Shown here piece by piece: positions 7,097 through 16,119 of a stretch of 33,884 nucleotides of DNA. The DNA is taken from positions 1-33,884 of the IMG/VR virus record IMGVR_UViG_3300037010_000544; one strand, given 5' to 3'. The notes below the pieces were generated by a model, which worked only from the letters and a program-made list of their open reading frames with translations, did not search any database and was not told where the DNA came from. Numbering within the stretch: the stretch's first letter is position 1; each line of letters opens with the position of its first letter. The stretch comes from a virus. Lineage: Duplodnaviria; Caudoviricetes. Both the position numbers and the translations under genes were made by a program.

Positions 7097-7594
7097 ATGA
7101 CTACCCAATTACCAGCCGTAGCCGATATACCCGCGCTGTTCATTTTTGACGCAGCCGTAGGGGTATACACGCTCGACGAATTGTGCGCGAAGTACGAGTA
7201 CCCGCCTGAATACGCCGCTTACCTGGAGAAAGAACCCGCGTTCCAGAAGGCGGTGCGCGAGCAGGAAGCGGAACTGGACAAGACAGGGGTATCGTTCAAA
7301 ATACGCAGTGGCCTGGTAGCTGAAGAGGCCATGATGATTATCCGGGACAGGATAAAACGCGGTGATACCCCGACGCCTGTCGTGCTGGATGCATTCAAGA
7401 CAATGGCGAAGTTCGCGGGGCGTGAACCCGCCCCTGCAGGTCAGCAGGCAGCACCCGGTAGCGGGTTCAGCATCACGATCAATATCCCCCAGATGGGCAC
7501 TACGCCTGCGTCAACCATGACGTTGGATTCGGTTTCTACCCGCGTAGCGGACACCGCCGAGATAGAAGTTGACCCTGAGTACGAATACTACTGA
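7097..7594 (+). CDS. terS: Terminase small subunit (probable)
   Basis: 165 aa directly upstream of terL; N-terminal HTH-like segment, helical core, FSITINI beta-strand typical of TerS. Confidence 0.7.
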   Translation: MTTQLPAVADIPALFIFDAAVGVYTLDELCAKYEYPPEYAAYLEKEPAFQKAVREQEAELDKTGVSFKIRSGLVAEEAMMIIRDRIKRGDTPTPVVLDAFKTMAKFAGREPAPAGQQAAPGSGFSITINIPQMGTTPASTMTLDSVSTRVADTAEIEVDPEYEYY

Positions 7595-8991
7595 TGAGTG
7601 GACTGGAATATAACCCGACGCCGTCGGTAGTTCCTTATTTCCTGAGCGACAAGTTCGTCAATCTCATCGTGGGCCCTGTCGGTAGCTCCAAGACGACGGC
7701 CTCTTTGATGAAACTGGTGTACGAAGCACAACGCGTAGCTCCGTGCCGTGATGGGATACGCAGATCGAGAGCGGCCATTATTCGCAACACCTCGCAGATG
7801 CTGGACGATAGTACGATCCCAGACTTCGTGAAGTTGCTCGGTGAAGCGGGTGAGTACATGAAAACCGGCAAGCGTATCGTACTCAGGTTTAACGATGTGG
7901 AGCTAGAGGTTTTGTTCCGGGGGCTTGACGACCCGGCGGCGGCGAGACGGCTCCTGAGTACCCAGTTGTCGTTTGGTGTCATCGACGAGTTCAGGGAGAT
8001 TCACCCTGATATTTTCAATGCGCTGACGGGTCGCTTGGGTAGATACCCTGACAAGACGATGAACGGTGTCGGATGCTGCGACGACGCGGGGAAGCAGATA
8101 CACAAGGTGTGGGCCGCGTCTAACCCGCCGGATATGGATTCGTGGTGGGAGAAATATCTCAGCAATCCTCCGGAGAACGCAGCAGTATTTTTCCAGCCCA
8201 GCGGGTTGTCGGACGAAGCAGACTGGAAAAAGTTTTTGCCCGAGGGGTATTATGAAAACCTGATGCTTGGCAAGAGCGAGGAATGGATCGAGACCAACGT
8301 GCACGGGCGTTTCGGTAGGTCTCTGTCGGGTTTGCCCGTGTTTCGCTCGTTTGACCAGGATTACCACGTAGCCAAGGCACCCCTGAAGCCGATTATAAGC
8401 ACGAACCACCCGTTGATTATCGGGGTGGACTTCGGGTTGACCCCGGCGTGTACCATCAACCAGCAAGATGCACGGGGGCGGTTTCTAACGTATCGTTCGC
8501 TGGTGTCCGAGGGCATGGGTATTTTGAGGTTCTGCCGTGAAAAATTGAAACCCATGCTAAATAATGAGTTTCCCGGCCACCCTGTGATTGTAATCGGGGA
8601 CCCTGCGGGAGTACAGCGCGCGCAGACCGACGAGCGCAGCGCGTTTGATATCCTCAAGAGCGAGGGGTTTACCGCGATAGCGGCCAAGACGAACTCCGTT
8701 ACTGCGCGAATCGCTGCGGTGGAGAATCTTCTGTCACGCCAGATAGACGGAGAAGCTGCCTGGTTGATCGACCCAGGGGCCACTGATCTCATACGTGCGT
8801 TGCGTGGGGGGTACAGGTATCGCGCCAAGACTAATGGGGAGATAGAGGACAAGCCGGATAAAAACCAGCACAGCCATATCGCCGACGCATGTCAGTACAG
8901 CGTATTGCACATAGACTCCGTGTTCGGCGCAGCCTTGAAAGCGTCAGCTCGGCGCGAGGTAAAGCGGGCAGTGGCATTTGGATGGACTTGA
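7594..8991 (+). CDS. terL: Terminase large subunit
   Basis: Walker A GPVGSSKT, Walker B GVIDEF, coupling motif ASNPP, nuclease motifs IGVDFG and HSHIADACQY. Confidence 0.95.
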   Translation: MSGLEYNPTPSVVPYFLSDKFVNLIVGPVGSSKTTASLMKLVYEAQRVAPCRDGIRRSRAAIIRNTSQMLDDSTIPDFVKLLGEAGEYMKTGKRIVLRFNDVELEVLFRGLDDPAAARRLLSTQLSFGVIDEFREIHPDIFNALTGRLGRYPDKTMNGVGCCDDAGKQIHKVWAASNPPDMDSWWEKYLSNPPENAAVFFQPSGLSDEADWKKFLPEGYYENLMLGKSEEWIETNVHGRFGRSLSGLPVFRSFDQDYHVAKAPLKPIISTNHPLIIGVDFGLTPACTINQQDARGRFLTYRSLVSEGMGILRFCREKLKPMLNNEFPGHPVIVIGDPAGVQRAQTDERSAFDILKSEGFTAIAAKTNSVTARIAAVENLLSRQIDGEAAWLIDPGATDLIRALRGGYRYRAKTNGEIEDKPDKNQHSHIADACQYSVLHIDSVFGAALKASARREVKRAVAFGWT

Positions 8992-9017
8992 TTTGTGTTA
9001 TTATGCGCGGTATAAGG
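8989..9017 (+). promoter_or_regulatory. Possible internal promoter
   Basis: TTGATT-17 nt-TATAAG in the gap after terL. Confidence 0.3.
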
Positions 9018-9055
9018 TGCTAACTGCTAGTGTCAACCGATTTTAAGGCGTAGGC

Positions 9056-9673
9056 ATGACCATCACGATAATCAGGGGGGAAACATTCAGCCGCGTGCTC
9101 AGGCCAACGGCCAAGCCGTATATCTACATCCTCATCACGGCTATCACAAATTCCGCGCCAGTAAGAATTACAGCACCTGGGCATGGGCTTGTAACAGGAC
9201 AGTTCGTCGCTGTCGTTTCCGTCAAGGGCATGCGAGAGATAAATGCCGAACTGGACTCGAAATGCGAGCCGAAGTTGTCGGCGTACCGTAAGGTTACGGT
9301 AGTGGACGCTAATACGATAACGATCAATGATGTGAACGCATCGGACTTCAGCGCCTACATCTCCGGCGGCTATCTGCAATACTTCACGCCAATTGACATG
9401 TCAGGATGCACTGCACGTCGCAGCATCAAGGACAAAGAAGGCGGAACGGTGTTGCTCAGTCTGACGACAGAGAACGGTGGGCTGACAATCGACAACGTGA
9501 ACCATACCATCACCGAGACAATCTCTGCCGTAGCTACCGCAGCGATTACATGGCGCAAGGGGGTCAGCGACATTGAGCTAGTCACGACTGTTTCCGGCTA
9601 TGTCAGCAAGATAATGGCGGATAGCGGAAACCCGATTGAAGATGTTGTAGTGCTTGGAGAGATTACAACGTGA
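9056..9673 (+). CDS. Virion structural protein (tail/fibre-associated)
   Basis: ITAITNSAPVRITAPGHGL beta-barrel insert within an IIRGETF...PIDMSGCTAR...LLSLTTENGG framework seen in phage tail adaptors. Confidence 0.6.
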   Translation: MTITIIRGETFSRVLRPTAKPYIYILITAITNSAPVRITAPGHGLVTGQFVAVVSVKGMREINAELDSKCEPKLSAYRKVTVVDANTITINDVNASDFSAYISGGYLQYFTPIDMSGCTARRSIKDKEGGTVLLSLTTENGGLTIDNVNHTITETISAVATAAITWRKGVSDIELVTTVSGYVSKIMADSGNPIEDVVVLGEITT

Positions 9674-10158
9674 TCGAGGTTATTGAAGTACATCCTGTAG
9701 TGGTTGAAGAGAGGCAGGTATCGGTAGTTGAGCTTGTTGACCGGCAGGTTATATTCGGAGGTGAGCAAGGCCCATCAGGGCCCCCAGGGCCTCCAGGCCC
9801 AACAGGCGGGACTGCTCTGCAATACCAAGCAGGTGAAGCGCTCGGCGGACACCGCATGGTGGTGCTGGATGACACGGGGAAAGCCATCTATGCCGATAAT
9901 ACGGTACTCAGCCACGCAAACAAGGTGCTTGGCATGACAACCGGGGCAGTCTCTATGGGGGATACTGCAACGATCCAGACTGGCGGTGAAATGACAGAAC
10001 CATCTTGGTCGTGGGTGCTCGATACGCCTATCTGGCTATCGTCGTCAGGGATGCTGACGCAGGTTGCGCCGGTAACTGGATTCAGTCTGATAGTCGCATT
10101 CCCGATCACCGCCACAAAGGTATTCATCAATTTACACGAACCAATATTTCTAAACTAG
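9670..10158 (+). CDS. Fibre/decoration-like protein with a short collagen segment
   Basis: GEQGPSGPPGPPGPTG, then AGEALGG...VLGMT...IWLSSSGMLTQ domain. Confidence 0.65.
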   Translation: MIEVIEVHPVVVEERQVSVVELVDRQVIFGGEQGPSGPPGPPGPTGGTALQYQAGEALGGHRMVVLDDTGKAIYADNTVLSHANKVLGMTTGAVSMGDTATIQTGGEMTEPSWSWVLDTPIWLSSSGMLTQVAPVTGFSLIVAFPITATKVFINLHEPIFLN

Positions 10159-10168
10159 GAGAAACATC

Positions 10169-10684
10169 ATGGCTGGAAGCAAATACATTCAAAACAATGC
10201 AGGCGTGTTGACTGAAGCTGTATCTATTCAAACATCAGGCGGTGCAGGAGACGCTGGAAAAATCCCCGCGCTCGATTCGTCGGGTAGACTCGACACCAGC
10301 ATGATGCCGGTTGGTTCGGGGGTAGAAGCTGATGTCATTCCAGCATCAGAGAACCTGGCGGCTGGCAATCTGGTGAACATTTGGAATAACTCCGGTGCCG
10401 CAAATGCTAGAAAAGCCGATGCTACAACTGCAGGAAAAGAGGCAATGGGTTTTGTGCTGGCCGCCGTTACAGCACCTGCAAATGCTACCGTGTACCGCAC
10501 ATCGCAGAGCAACACGCAGATGTCTGGACTTACTCCGGGGGCAAAGTATTTCTTGGCAACGACAGCGGGTGGAGTTTCCGCAACAGCACCGTCAGGTTCA
10601 GGCAACGTAGTGCAGCCCGTGGGGGTTGCGATCAATGCGACTACGTTATCGTTCAACCCCGGAGACGTGATCGTTCTGGCCTAA
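10169..10684 (+). CDS. Fibre/decoration-like protein
   Basis: AGKIPALDSSGRLD, ASENLAAG...MGFVL...LTPGAKYFL...VVQPVGVA; same domain type as the preceding ORF; AGGAG SD. Confidence 0.65.
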   Translation: MAGSKYIQNNAGVLTEAVSIQTSGGAGDAGKIPALDSSGRLDTSMMPVGSGVEADVIPASENLAAGNLVNIWNNSGAANARKADATTAGKEAMGFVLAAVTAPANATVYRTSQSNTQMSGLTPGAKYFLATTAGGVSATAPSGSGNVVQPVGVAINATTLSFNPGDVIVLA

Positions 10685-10687
10685 ATC

Positions 10688-11053
10688 ATGGCGACAAAAA
10701 AACCACTGGCTAATTACGGTGGGACGGTGCAAGAACTGTCTGCCGGGGACACGATCCCCGGCTCGTACATCTCCAATAATTGGCAGATCAAGACGGCTAA
10801 CTATACAGCAGTATCCGGCGACAGAATTGCAGCAAACACATCCGGCGGCGCATTTACGGTCACTCTCCCAGCTTCCCCTTCGGCTGGGAATTATGTTGAG
10901 TTTTCTGACGGTGGCGGTGCGTTTCAAACAAATAACCTGACAATTAGTCGGAATGGCAGCACCATCATGGGCCTTTCAGAAGACATGACGCTTTCCACCA
11001 ACAATATTAGCGTTGGCCTTGTCTACAACGGAACGACCTGGAGAATCTACTAA
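10688..11053 (+). CDS. Tail-fibre segment protein
   Basis: TANYTAVSGDRIAANTSGGAFTVTLPASPSAG...NNLTISRNG...VYNGTTWRI, a repeat type known from T4-like proximal fibres. Confidence 0.7.
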   Translation: MATKKPLANYGGTVQELSAGDTIPGSYISNNWQIKTANYTAVSGDRIAANTSGGAFTVTLPASPSAGNYVEFSDGGGAFQTNNLTISRNGSTIMGLSEDMTLSTNNISVGLVYNGTTWRIY

Positions 11054-12009
11054 TGAGTGATCTGAAGCAATTTCTTAGTACCAGTCTCGGTCGTCGGACG
11101 GCTATGTATGTACGGAGCAGCCAGACTATTACCGCACTATTTTCTGGGATGTATCGTATTACAGCAATTGGAGCTGGCGGGAGTGGTGCGGCGAAGTCGG
11201 CGGCTAGTCCTTGTACCGCCTCTGGTGGTGCGGCGGGCGGAACGTGCATCAAGGAAATGTATATCGCGGCAGGAACATCCATTGTCTGCACGATTGGGGC
11301 TGGTGGTGCGGCTGCAACTCCGGCTGCTGGTTCTGCGGCAAATGGCAACCCAGGCGGAAACACAACAGTTGTTATTGGTTCTACGACTTTGACAGCCAAT
11401 GGTGGTGGTGGTGGACTACAAGCTGCTGGTGCAGTTTCCGGTGCATCTGGCGGGACTGCTTCTGGTGGGGACATAAACCTAACAGGCGGTGGAAGTGGTG
11501 CGGTCACCGTATCCAATGGTACTGGTGCAACAGGTGGCGGCGCCATAAACGTTGGTTTTGGTGCTTTTGCCAGTGGAAGTGCTGGAACCACTGGATATGC
11601 GAGTGGTGGCGCAGCCCCATTAGCGGCTTCAATAGCTTATTCGAGTGGTGGCGGCGCCGGTGCCGGCGGCCCCAATAGTGGTACTGTTGGTGGGCTGAAT
11701 ATACTTGGTGCAACAGGTTATCCTGCGTCAGTAGCTTTTACCGCAATCCCTATATTCGGCGCCGGTGGCTCCGGCTCCAGCACCGGAGGCGCTGGCAGTG
11801 ATGGTGGCGGTGGTGGCGGCGCAACCGGAGTAGGGGGCGCAGGCGGATTTGGTGGCGGTGGAGGAGCTTGTGGTGGCACCTCCTCTGCCGCCGCCTCCGC
11901 TGGAAAAGGTGGTGTAGGGGCTGGCGGTGGAGGGTGTTTCAATACTAATACTGGCTACACAGCAACCTCCGGTGCTGGCGGCCCTGGCATAGTAATTTTG
12001 GAGTATTAA
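11053..12009 (+). CDS. Glycine-rich tail fibre / receptor-binding protein
   Basis: 318 aa, IGAGGSG...GGGGG-rich, ends GAGGPGIVILEY. Confidence 0.75.
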   Translation: MSDLKQFLSTSLGRRTAMYVRSSQTITALFSGMYRITAIGAGGSGAAKSAASPCTASGGAAGGTCIKEMYIAAGTSIVCTIGAGGAAATPAAGSAANGNPGGNTTVVIGSTTLTANGGGGGLQAAGAVSGASGGTASGGDINLTGGGSGAVTVSNGTGATGGGAINVGFGAFASGSAGTTGYASGGAAPLAASIAYSSGGGAGAGGPNSGTVGGLNILGATGYPASVAFTAIPIFGAGGSGSSTGGAGSDGGGGGGATGVGGAGGFGGGGGACGGTSSAAASAGKGGVGAGGGGCFNTNTGYTATSGAGGPGIVILEY

Positions 12010-12010
12010 A

Positions 12011-12364
12011 ATGCGGTACGAAATCCTTGATGCAGTAAACGGCAATGTGGTCAATACAATTGATGCAAGCGAAGATTTCTGTGCCGCGCACTATCCATTT
12101 TATAGACTGGTCGAAGAACCCATTGTGGCTACTCCGAGTATTCGCACGCTAACCAAACTAGCATACATGAACCGCTTTACAGACGCGGAACTCGCTGGAA
12201 TCTACACAGCAGCTAAATCAGTAATACAGATTGAAGTTTGGCTAGACAAGTTCAAACTCGCAGAGGAAATAAATCTCGATGACCCATCAACAATTTCTGG
12301 AGTGCATGCGTTGGAAGCTGCGGGACTTCTTGCTACTGGTCGTTCCGCTGAGATTCTTGCGTAA
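12011..12364 (+). CDS. Fibre-associated (chaperone-like) protein
   Basis: LTKLAYMNRFTDAE...INLDDP...LEAAGLL...RSAEIL; position directly after the fibre gene. Confidence 0.55.
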   Translation: MRYEILDAVNGNVVNTIDASEDFCAAHYPFYRLVEEPIVATPSIRTLTKLAYMNRFTDAELAGIYTAAKSVIQIEVWLDKFKLAEEINLDDPSTISGVHALEAAGLLATGRSAEILA

Positions 12365-12370
12365 GTAAAC

Positions 12371-12631
12371 ATGGTTATTAAGCAACGACTTCTTAATTTA
12401 CTCATCGCTGTCGATCAGCTACTGTGGGTTACTCTAACGCTTGGTGAGGGTATGCCTGATGAAACTATTAGTGCGGCGTTATACCGCATGGAGCGTGAGG
12501 GAAGGCCCTCTGGAAAGCTGTTGCGGCCCTTTGTTGACGTGCTGTTTAGCCTGTTTGAGCACGATCACTGCAAATCGAGCTTTGAGTCCGAGTTACATGG
12601 TACACAACTACCGCCTGAGTATCATCAATGA
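12371..12631 (+). CDS. Conserved hypothetical phage protein
   Basis: LIAVDQL...PDETISA...VDVLF...DHC motif pattern frequently seen next to fibre and lysis genes. Confidence 0.75.
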   Translation: MVIKQRLLNLLIAVDQLLWVTLTLGEGMPDETISAALYRMEREGRPSGKLLRPFVDVLFSLFEHDHCKSSFESELHGTQLPPEYHQ

Positions 12632-13023
12632 CAGAACTACATAATAGAAGGGCCACAGACGTGTCACAAGATAAGATACTTGTTCTTATCGAGCAGGCTA
12701 ACGATCCGAAAGATCGGGCGTTTCTGATTGTCCTCCAGCAGATCAACGAATCACTGATCGCCAACACTCATATCATCAACGAAGTAGCAGAAAAGCTCGA
12801 CAACCACTTGACGGCTTATGAGGCCCACACCGAGCGAGAGCAATTGCTGCTGAACCAAGGAAAAGGAATGTGGCGAGTGGCGGCCCGTGTGCTCGGGGCT
12901 GTTCAGGCCATTGCAATTGTGCTGATAAGTTTTGCATTTAACGAGATAGTCACTATCAAGAAAGATGTCAGCGATATAAGCGCGTGGGTTAAAGTGCACG
13001 ATGTAAAGGAGAAGTCACAATGA
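12628..13023 (+). CDS. Single-TM coiled-coil membrane protein (holin/antiholin-like)
   Basis: Coiled coil then hydrophobic VLGAVQAIAIVLISFAF; first gene of the lysis cluster. Confidence 0.55.
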   Translation: MTELHNRRATDVSQDKILVLIEQANDPKDRAFLIVLQQINESLIANTHIINEVAEKLDNHLTAYEAHTEREQLLLNQGKGMWRVAARVLGAVQAIAIVLISFAFNEIVTIKKDVSDISAWVKVHDVKEKSQ

Positions 13024-13241
13024 AACTTTATGCAGACTGGAAGAATCTTCTAATACACGCCTGGAGTGTGCGCTTCGCGCTGTTGACGGCGGCGCTAAAT
13101 GGGATGTTCATTGCTATGCCTGTATTCATGGGGATGATTGATCCCCGCCTGTTCGCAGTTTTGACAGTGGCGCTTTCCATTGCCGTAGTGGTTTCTCGCC
13201 TGGTGCGTCAGCCCAAGACACTAGGCGACGACGATGCCTGA
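13020..13241 (+). CDS. Holin (two TM helices)
   Basis: MKLYADWKNLLIHAWSVRF..., two hydrophobic segments, RLVRQPK tail; directly upstream of the endolysin. Confidence 0.75.
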   Translation: MKLYADWKNLLIHAWSVRFALLTAALNGMFIAMPVFMGMIDPRLFAVLTVALSIAVVVSRLVRQPKTLGDDDA

Positions 13242-13731
13242 GCAACCGCGCATTCCTGCATCGACATGGAAGACCGTCGGCGCAACGGCGGCTGTCGTCG
13301 CGTCACTTGCTGCGTATGAGGGCTACCGTGGCGACGCATACGACGATGGCGTGGGGGTGCAGACAATAGGATTTGGCGCTACCCAGACAACATCCGGGCC
13401 CGTCAAACGCGGGGATAAAACCGACCCTGTGCGTGCTGTTATAACCCTCCAGCGCGATGCAGACGCCCACGCTAAAGGGCTGGCTGGTTGCATTGGCGAT
13501 GTTCCGCTTAGCAAGGGTGAATGGGACGCTTATGTTTCGTGGACTTACAACGTCGGGGTGAATAGTGCTTGCCACTCAACGCTAGTGAAGAAGCTCAAGC
13601 AGACACCGCCTGATTATGACGGCGCGTGCAAGGAATTGCTGAAATGGAACAGTGCAGGAGGGAGGGAATTGCCGGGGCTTACCAAGCGCCGCCAGGCAGA
13701 ATATAAAATGTGTGTAGGAGAACAGCCTTGA
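13234..13731 (+). CDS. Endolysin, GH24 lysozyme, probable SAR type
   Basis: Catalytic E-8x-D-5x-T in YEGYRGDAYDDGVGVQTIGFG; YNVG, GLTKRRQAE; Ala/Val-rich N-terminal segment ahead of the catalytic Glu. Confidence 0.92.
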   Translation: MPEQPRIPASTWKTVGATAAVVASLAAYEGYRGDAYDDGVGVQTIGFGATQTTSGPVKRGDKTDPVRAVITLQRDADAHAKGLAGCIGDVPLSKGEWDAYVSWTYNVGVNSACHSTLVKKLKQTPPDYDGACKELLKWNSAGGRELPGLTKRRQAEYKMCVGEQP

Positions 13732-14264
13732 ACCCGTTACCAATCATCGCTGCTGCGCTGCTCTTTGTTTTGGGCTTGGCCTCCGGTTATACATGGGAGC
13801 ACCGCGCAAAGGTAGCCGAGGTGTCAGCGCTTAAAGCCGATATAGCCAAGCGCGAAACTGCCGCCGCCGAAGAAACCCGCCGCCGTATTGAAATGGCAAG
13901 TCACGCTGCCGATCAAGCGCTGGCCGAGCGCGATGCTCGCCTAGCCGATCTCGAAACTACCAACCGGAGACTCCGAAATGACATCAAAACCGCTACTACT
14001 GGCCGCACTTGCCTGTCTGCTGACGCTCGCAGCATGCTCCAGCAATCCCCCGCTTTCGGTGTCAAGTTGCCCTCATCCTCCGGCAGCGCTGCTCCAGCCC
14101 CTGCCACCGCTTCCCCTAATACCAACGACAGCACGGACACCGACGTTGCAACCTGGATCGTCGATGTCGCAGACCTCTACGAGCAGTGCAGGGCGCGGAT
14201 CGACGCGCTGAGAGAGTGGGACAGTAATAACCAAGGAGATTCAAAATGGCAAAACCAAAATTAG
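13728..14264 (+). CDS. Rz-like inner-membrane spanin
   Basis: TTG start after AGGAG SD overlapping the lysozyme stop; N-terminal TM helix then coiled coil. Confidence 0.8.
   Translation: MNPLPIIAAALLFVLGLASGYTWEHRAKVAEVSALKADIAKRETAAAEETRRRIEMASHAADQALAERDARLADLETTNRRLRNDIKTATTGRTCLSADARSMLQQSPAFGVKLPSSSGSAAPAPATASPNTNDSTDTDVATWIVDVADLYEQCRARIDALREWDSNNQGDSKWQNQN
13978..14211 (+). CDS. Rz1-like outer-membrane lipoprotein spanin embedded in Rz
   Basis: MTSKPLLLAALACLLTLAAC lipobox, Pro-rich mature part CPHPPAALLQPLPPLP; wholly within Rz in the +1 frame. Confidence 0.85.
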   Translation: MTSKPLLLAALACLLTLAACSSNPPLSVSSCPHPPAALLQPLPPLPLIPTTARTPTLQPGSSMSQTSTSSAGRGSTR

Positions 14265-14410
14265 GTTCAGGTAAGCGCTTCGCTTCGCTCGAAAAAACTC
14301 TGGCTAATAAAGGCGTGGAAGACCCTGCCGGGTTGGCTGCCGCTATTGGCCGCAAGAAATACGGAACCGAGAAGTTTCAGAAACTTTCTGCCAACGGTAA
14401 GAAGAAGTAA
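14246..14410 (+). CDS. Small highly basic protein (54 aa), missed by ORF track
   Basis: MAKPKLGSGKRFASLEKTLANKGVEDPAGLAAAIGRKKYGTEKFQKLSANGKKK*; AAGGAG SD. Confidence 0.85.
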   Translation: MAKPKLGSGKRFASLEKTLANKGVEDPAGLAAAIGRKKYGTEKFQKLSANGKKK

Positions 14411-14455
14411 GGTTTCATGATATACTCGTCATATCAATTTGTTAGGCTGTCGTAA

Positions 14456-15664
14456 ATGCAGACTAGCTCTATTAAAACGCTACGTGCCTTCGACGGGCTG
14501 AACAATGTTTCAGACCCTATGCGTGGGACCGGGGCTGGAACTGATCAGAACCGTACATGGTCCTGGTGTTCTATCGCGGACAATGTTGATTTTACAAACT
14601 CGCACGGAGTGGCGTTGCGTGAAGGGTACACGCCCCATGTTGCCGCGACGCGCATCACCGGATCGTACAGCTCCTTCGATTACAGCAAGTTTTACATCAT
14701 CGACGCTGGGACGCTTAAACGGGTAAACGCTGACGGTACGACTACCTCTCTGTACGGTATCCTTACAGGTACTGCTTATTGGAGCGAGCAGAACGATATC
14801 GTTTATCTTTCCTGCGGTGCTGACAAGCTACTGATTAAGCCGGATAACACTGTCGCACGGTGGGGTGTGCCCACTCCTTCACAGCCAGACATAGCTGATT
14901 CCAGTGGCAGTCTGTTTGCTGGGTTCTACCAGGCGGTTCTCACCTACACAGATTCGACAGGGCGTGAGGGAGGAGCCAGTCCCGCAGTAGGCGTACAAGT
15001 CTTGGACGGCGGTTTTACACTCAGCAACATTCCACAACTCGCTGGTTATACTGCGCAACTTTACGTGACGGAGGCTGACGGTACGGTGTTCTATCACGTA
15101 GACAGGGTGTTGACAGACTCCTACACGGTTACAAGTCTGCCGCTTGGTCCTGAGCTTACTACGCAGTTCTTGGACGAGCCACCCGAGAATGGTAGCTACA
15201 TTGCCTTTTTGGGCGCCAACGCCTACACGGCTGAGTACATCCCGGAAATCGACCAAACAGTAGTCTGGTTCAGCGCCGAGTTTGGGTATCATCTGTTTAA
15301 CCTGAACAGTGACTATTTCGTTGTCCCTGGGGAAGTGACACAGATGTATGGCGCAGGTGTTGGGCTGGTTATCACTACACAGAACCGTGTGTTTGCGTAT
15401 AATGACGATAAGCTCGCCCAGCTCGCAGAGTACGGCGCCGTTCACGGTCAGCATGCTGACTTAGGCCCAGACGGGTTGATCTACTTCTGGACTAAGCGCG
15501 GGTTGTGCTGCGCAACACCTTTCAAGAACTTGACAGAATCAAATGTTAGCGTAGCCCCTGGTGTACAGGCAGGTGGCGGAATCATCGAACGCGGCGGTTA
15601 CAGGAAGTACGTCGCGGTAATCCATCAGGGCGGTGACGCCTACAATAGGAGACAGGCATCATGA
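14456..15664 (+). CDS. Tail structural protein (nozzle/stabilisation-like, beta-rich)
   Basis: 402 aa, FDGLNNV...ADNVDFT N-terminus typical of podovirus tail proteins; location in the virion module. Confidence 0.55.
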   Translation: MQTSSIKTLRAFDGLNNVSDPMRGTGAGTDQNRTWSWCSIADNVDFTNSHGVALREGYTPHVAATRITGSYSSFDYSKFYIIDAGTLKRVNADGTTTSLYGILTGTAYWSEQNDIVYLSCGADKLLIKPDNTVARWGVPTPSQPDIADSSGSLFAGFYQAVLTYTDSTGREGGASPAVGVQVLDGGFTLSNIPQLAGYTAQLYVTEADGTVFYHVDRVLTDSYTVTSLPLGPELTTQFLDEPPENGSYIAFLGANAYTAEYIPEIDQTVVWFSAEFGYHLFNLNSDYFVVPGEVTQMYGAGVGLVITTQNRVFAYNDDKLAQLAEYGAVHGQHADLGPDGLIYFWTKRGLCCATPFKNLTESNVSVAPGVQAGGGIIERGGYRKYVAVIHQGGDAYNRRQAS

Positions 15665-16110
15665 CGGTACGAATTTCAACTGGAATGCGGGATAAGATGC
15701 TCGACGGTGGGGCTGCCGGCGGAATCAAAGGCTCCCTCGCTCTTGGGTTTATCAACATATACAGTGGGCCTCAGCCGCTTTCAGCGGATACCGGGGCAAC
15801 GGGGACTCTGCTCGGTACGGTGTCAGTAAATGGCGCGGGTACGGGTCTTACGTTTGACCCTGCTGTTGGGGGTGTCATATCCAAGGCAGCTTCAGAGGAC
15901 TGGAAGTTTACAGGGCTTGCTGTGGGGACAGCCGGGTGGTGCCGGTTCTGGCCTGCGGCTGGTAACCCGGCTGTTACGTCTACCACCGAAGCGCGCATTG
16001 ACATGGCTATTGCCTCCAGCGGGAGCGATGTGAGCCTGAGCAATATCAGCATTACGATCGGTGCGCCTAACACCATCGACGTGTACCAACTCACCATGCC
16101 GGCAGCGTAA
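15661..16110 (+). CDS. Virion structural protein (paralogue of 16533-16985)
   Basis: STGMRDKMLD...INIYSGPQPLSAD...TLLGTVS...GTAGWCR...RID. Confidence 0.7.
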   Translation: MTVRISTGMRDKMLDGGAAGGIKGSLALGFINIYSGPQPLSADTGATGTLLGTVSVNGAGTGLTFDPAVGGVISKAASEDWKFTGLAVGTAGWCRFWPAAGNPAVTSTTEARIDMAIASSGSDVSLSNISITIGAPNTIDVYQLTMPAA

Positions 16111-16119
16111 GGGGGTCAC

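Noticed and set aside
11211-11678. Trp/Cys-rich 155-aa alternative-frame ORF
   Set aside because: Artefact of GGT/GGC/GCT codon runs in the glycine-rich fibre gene.
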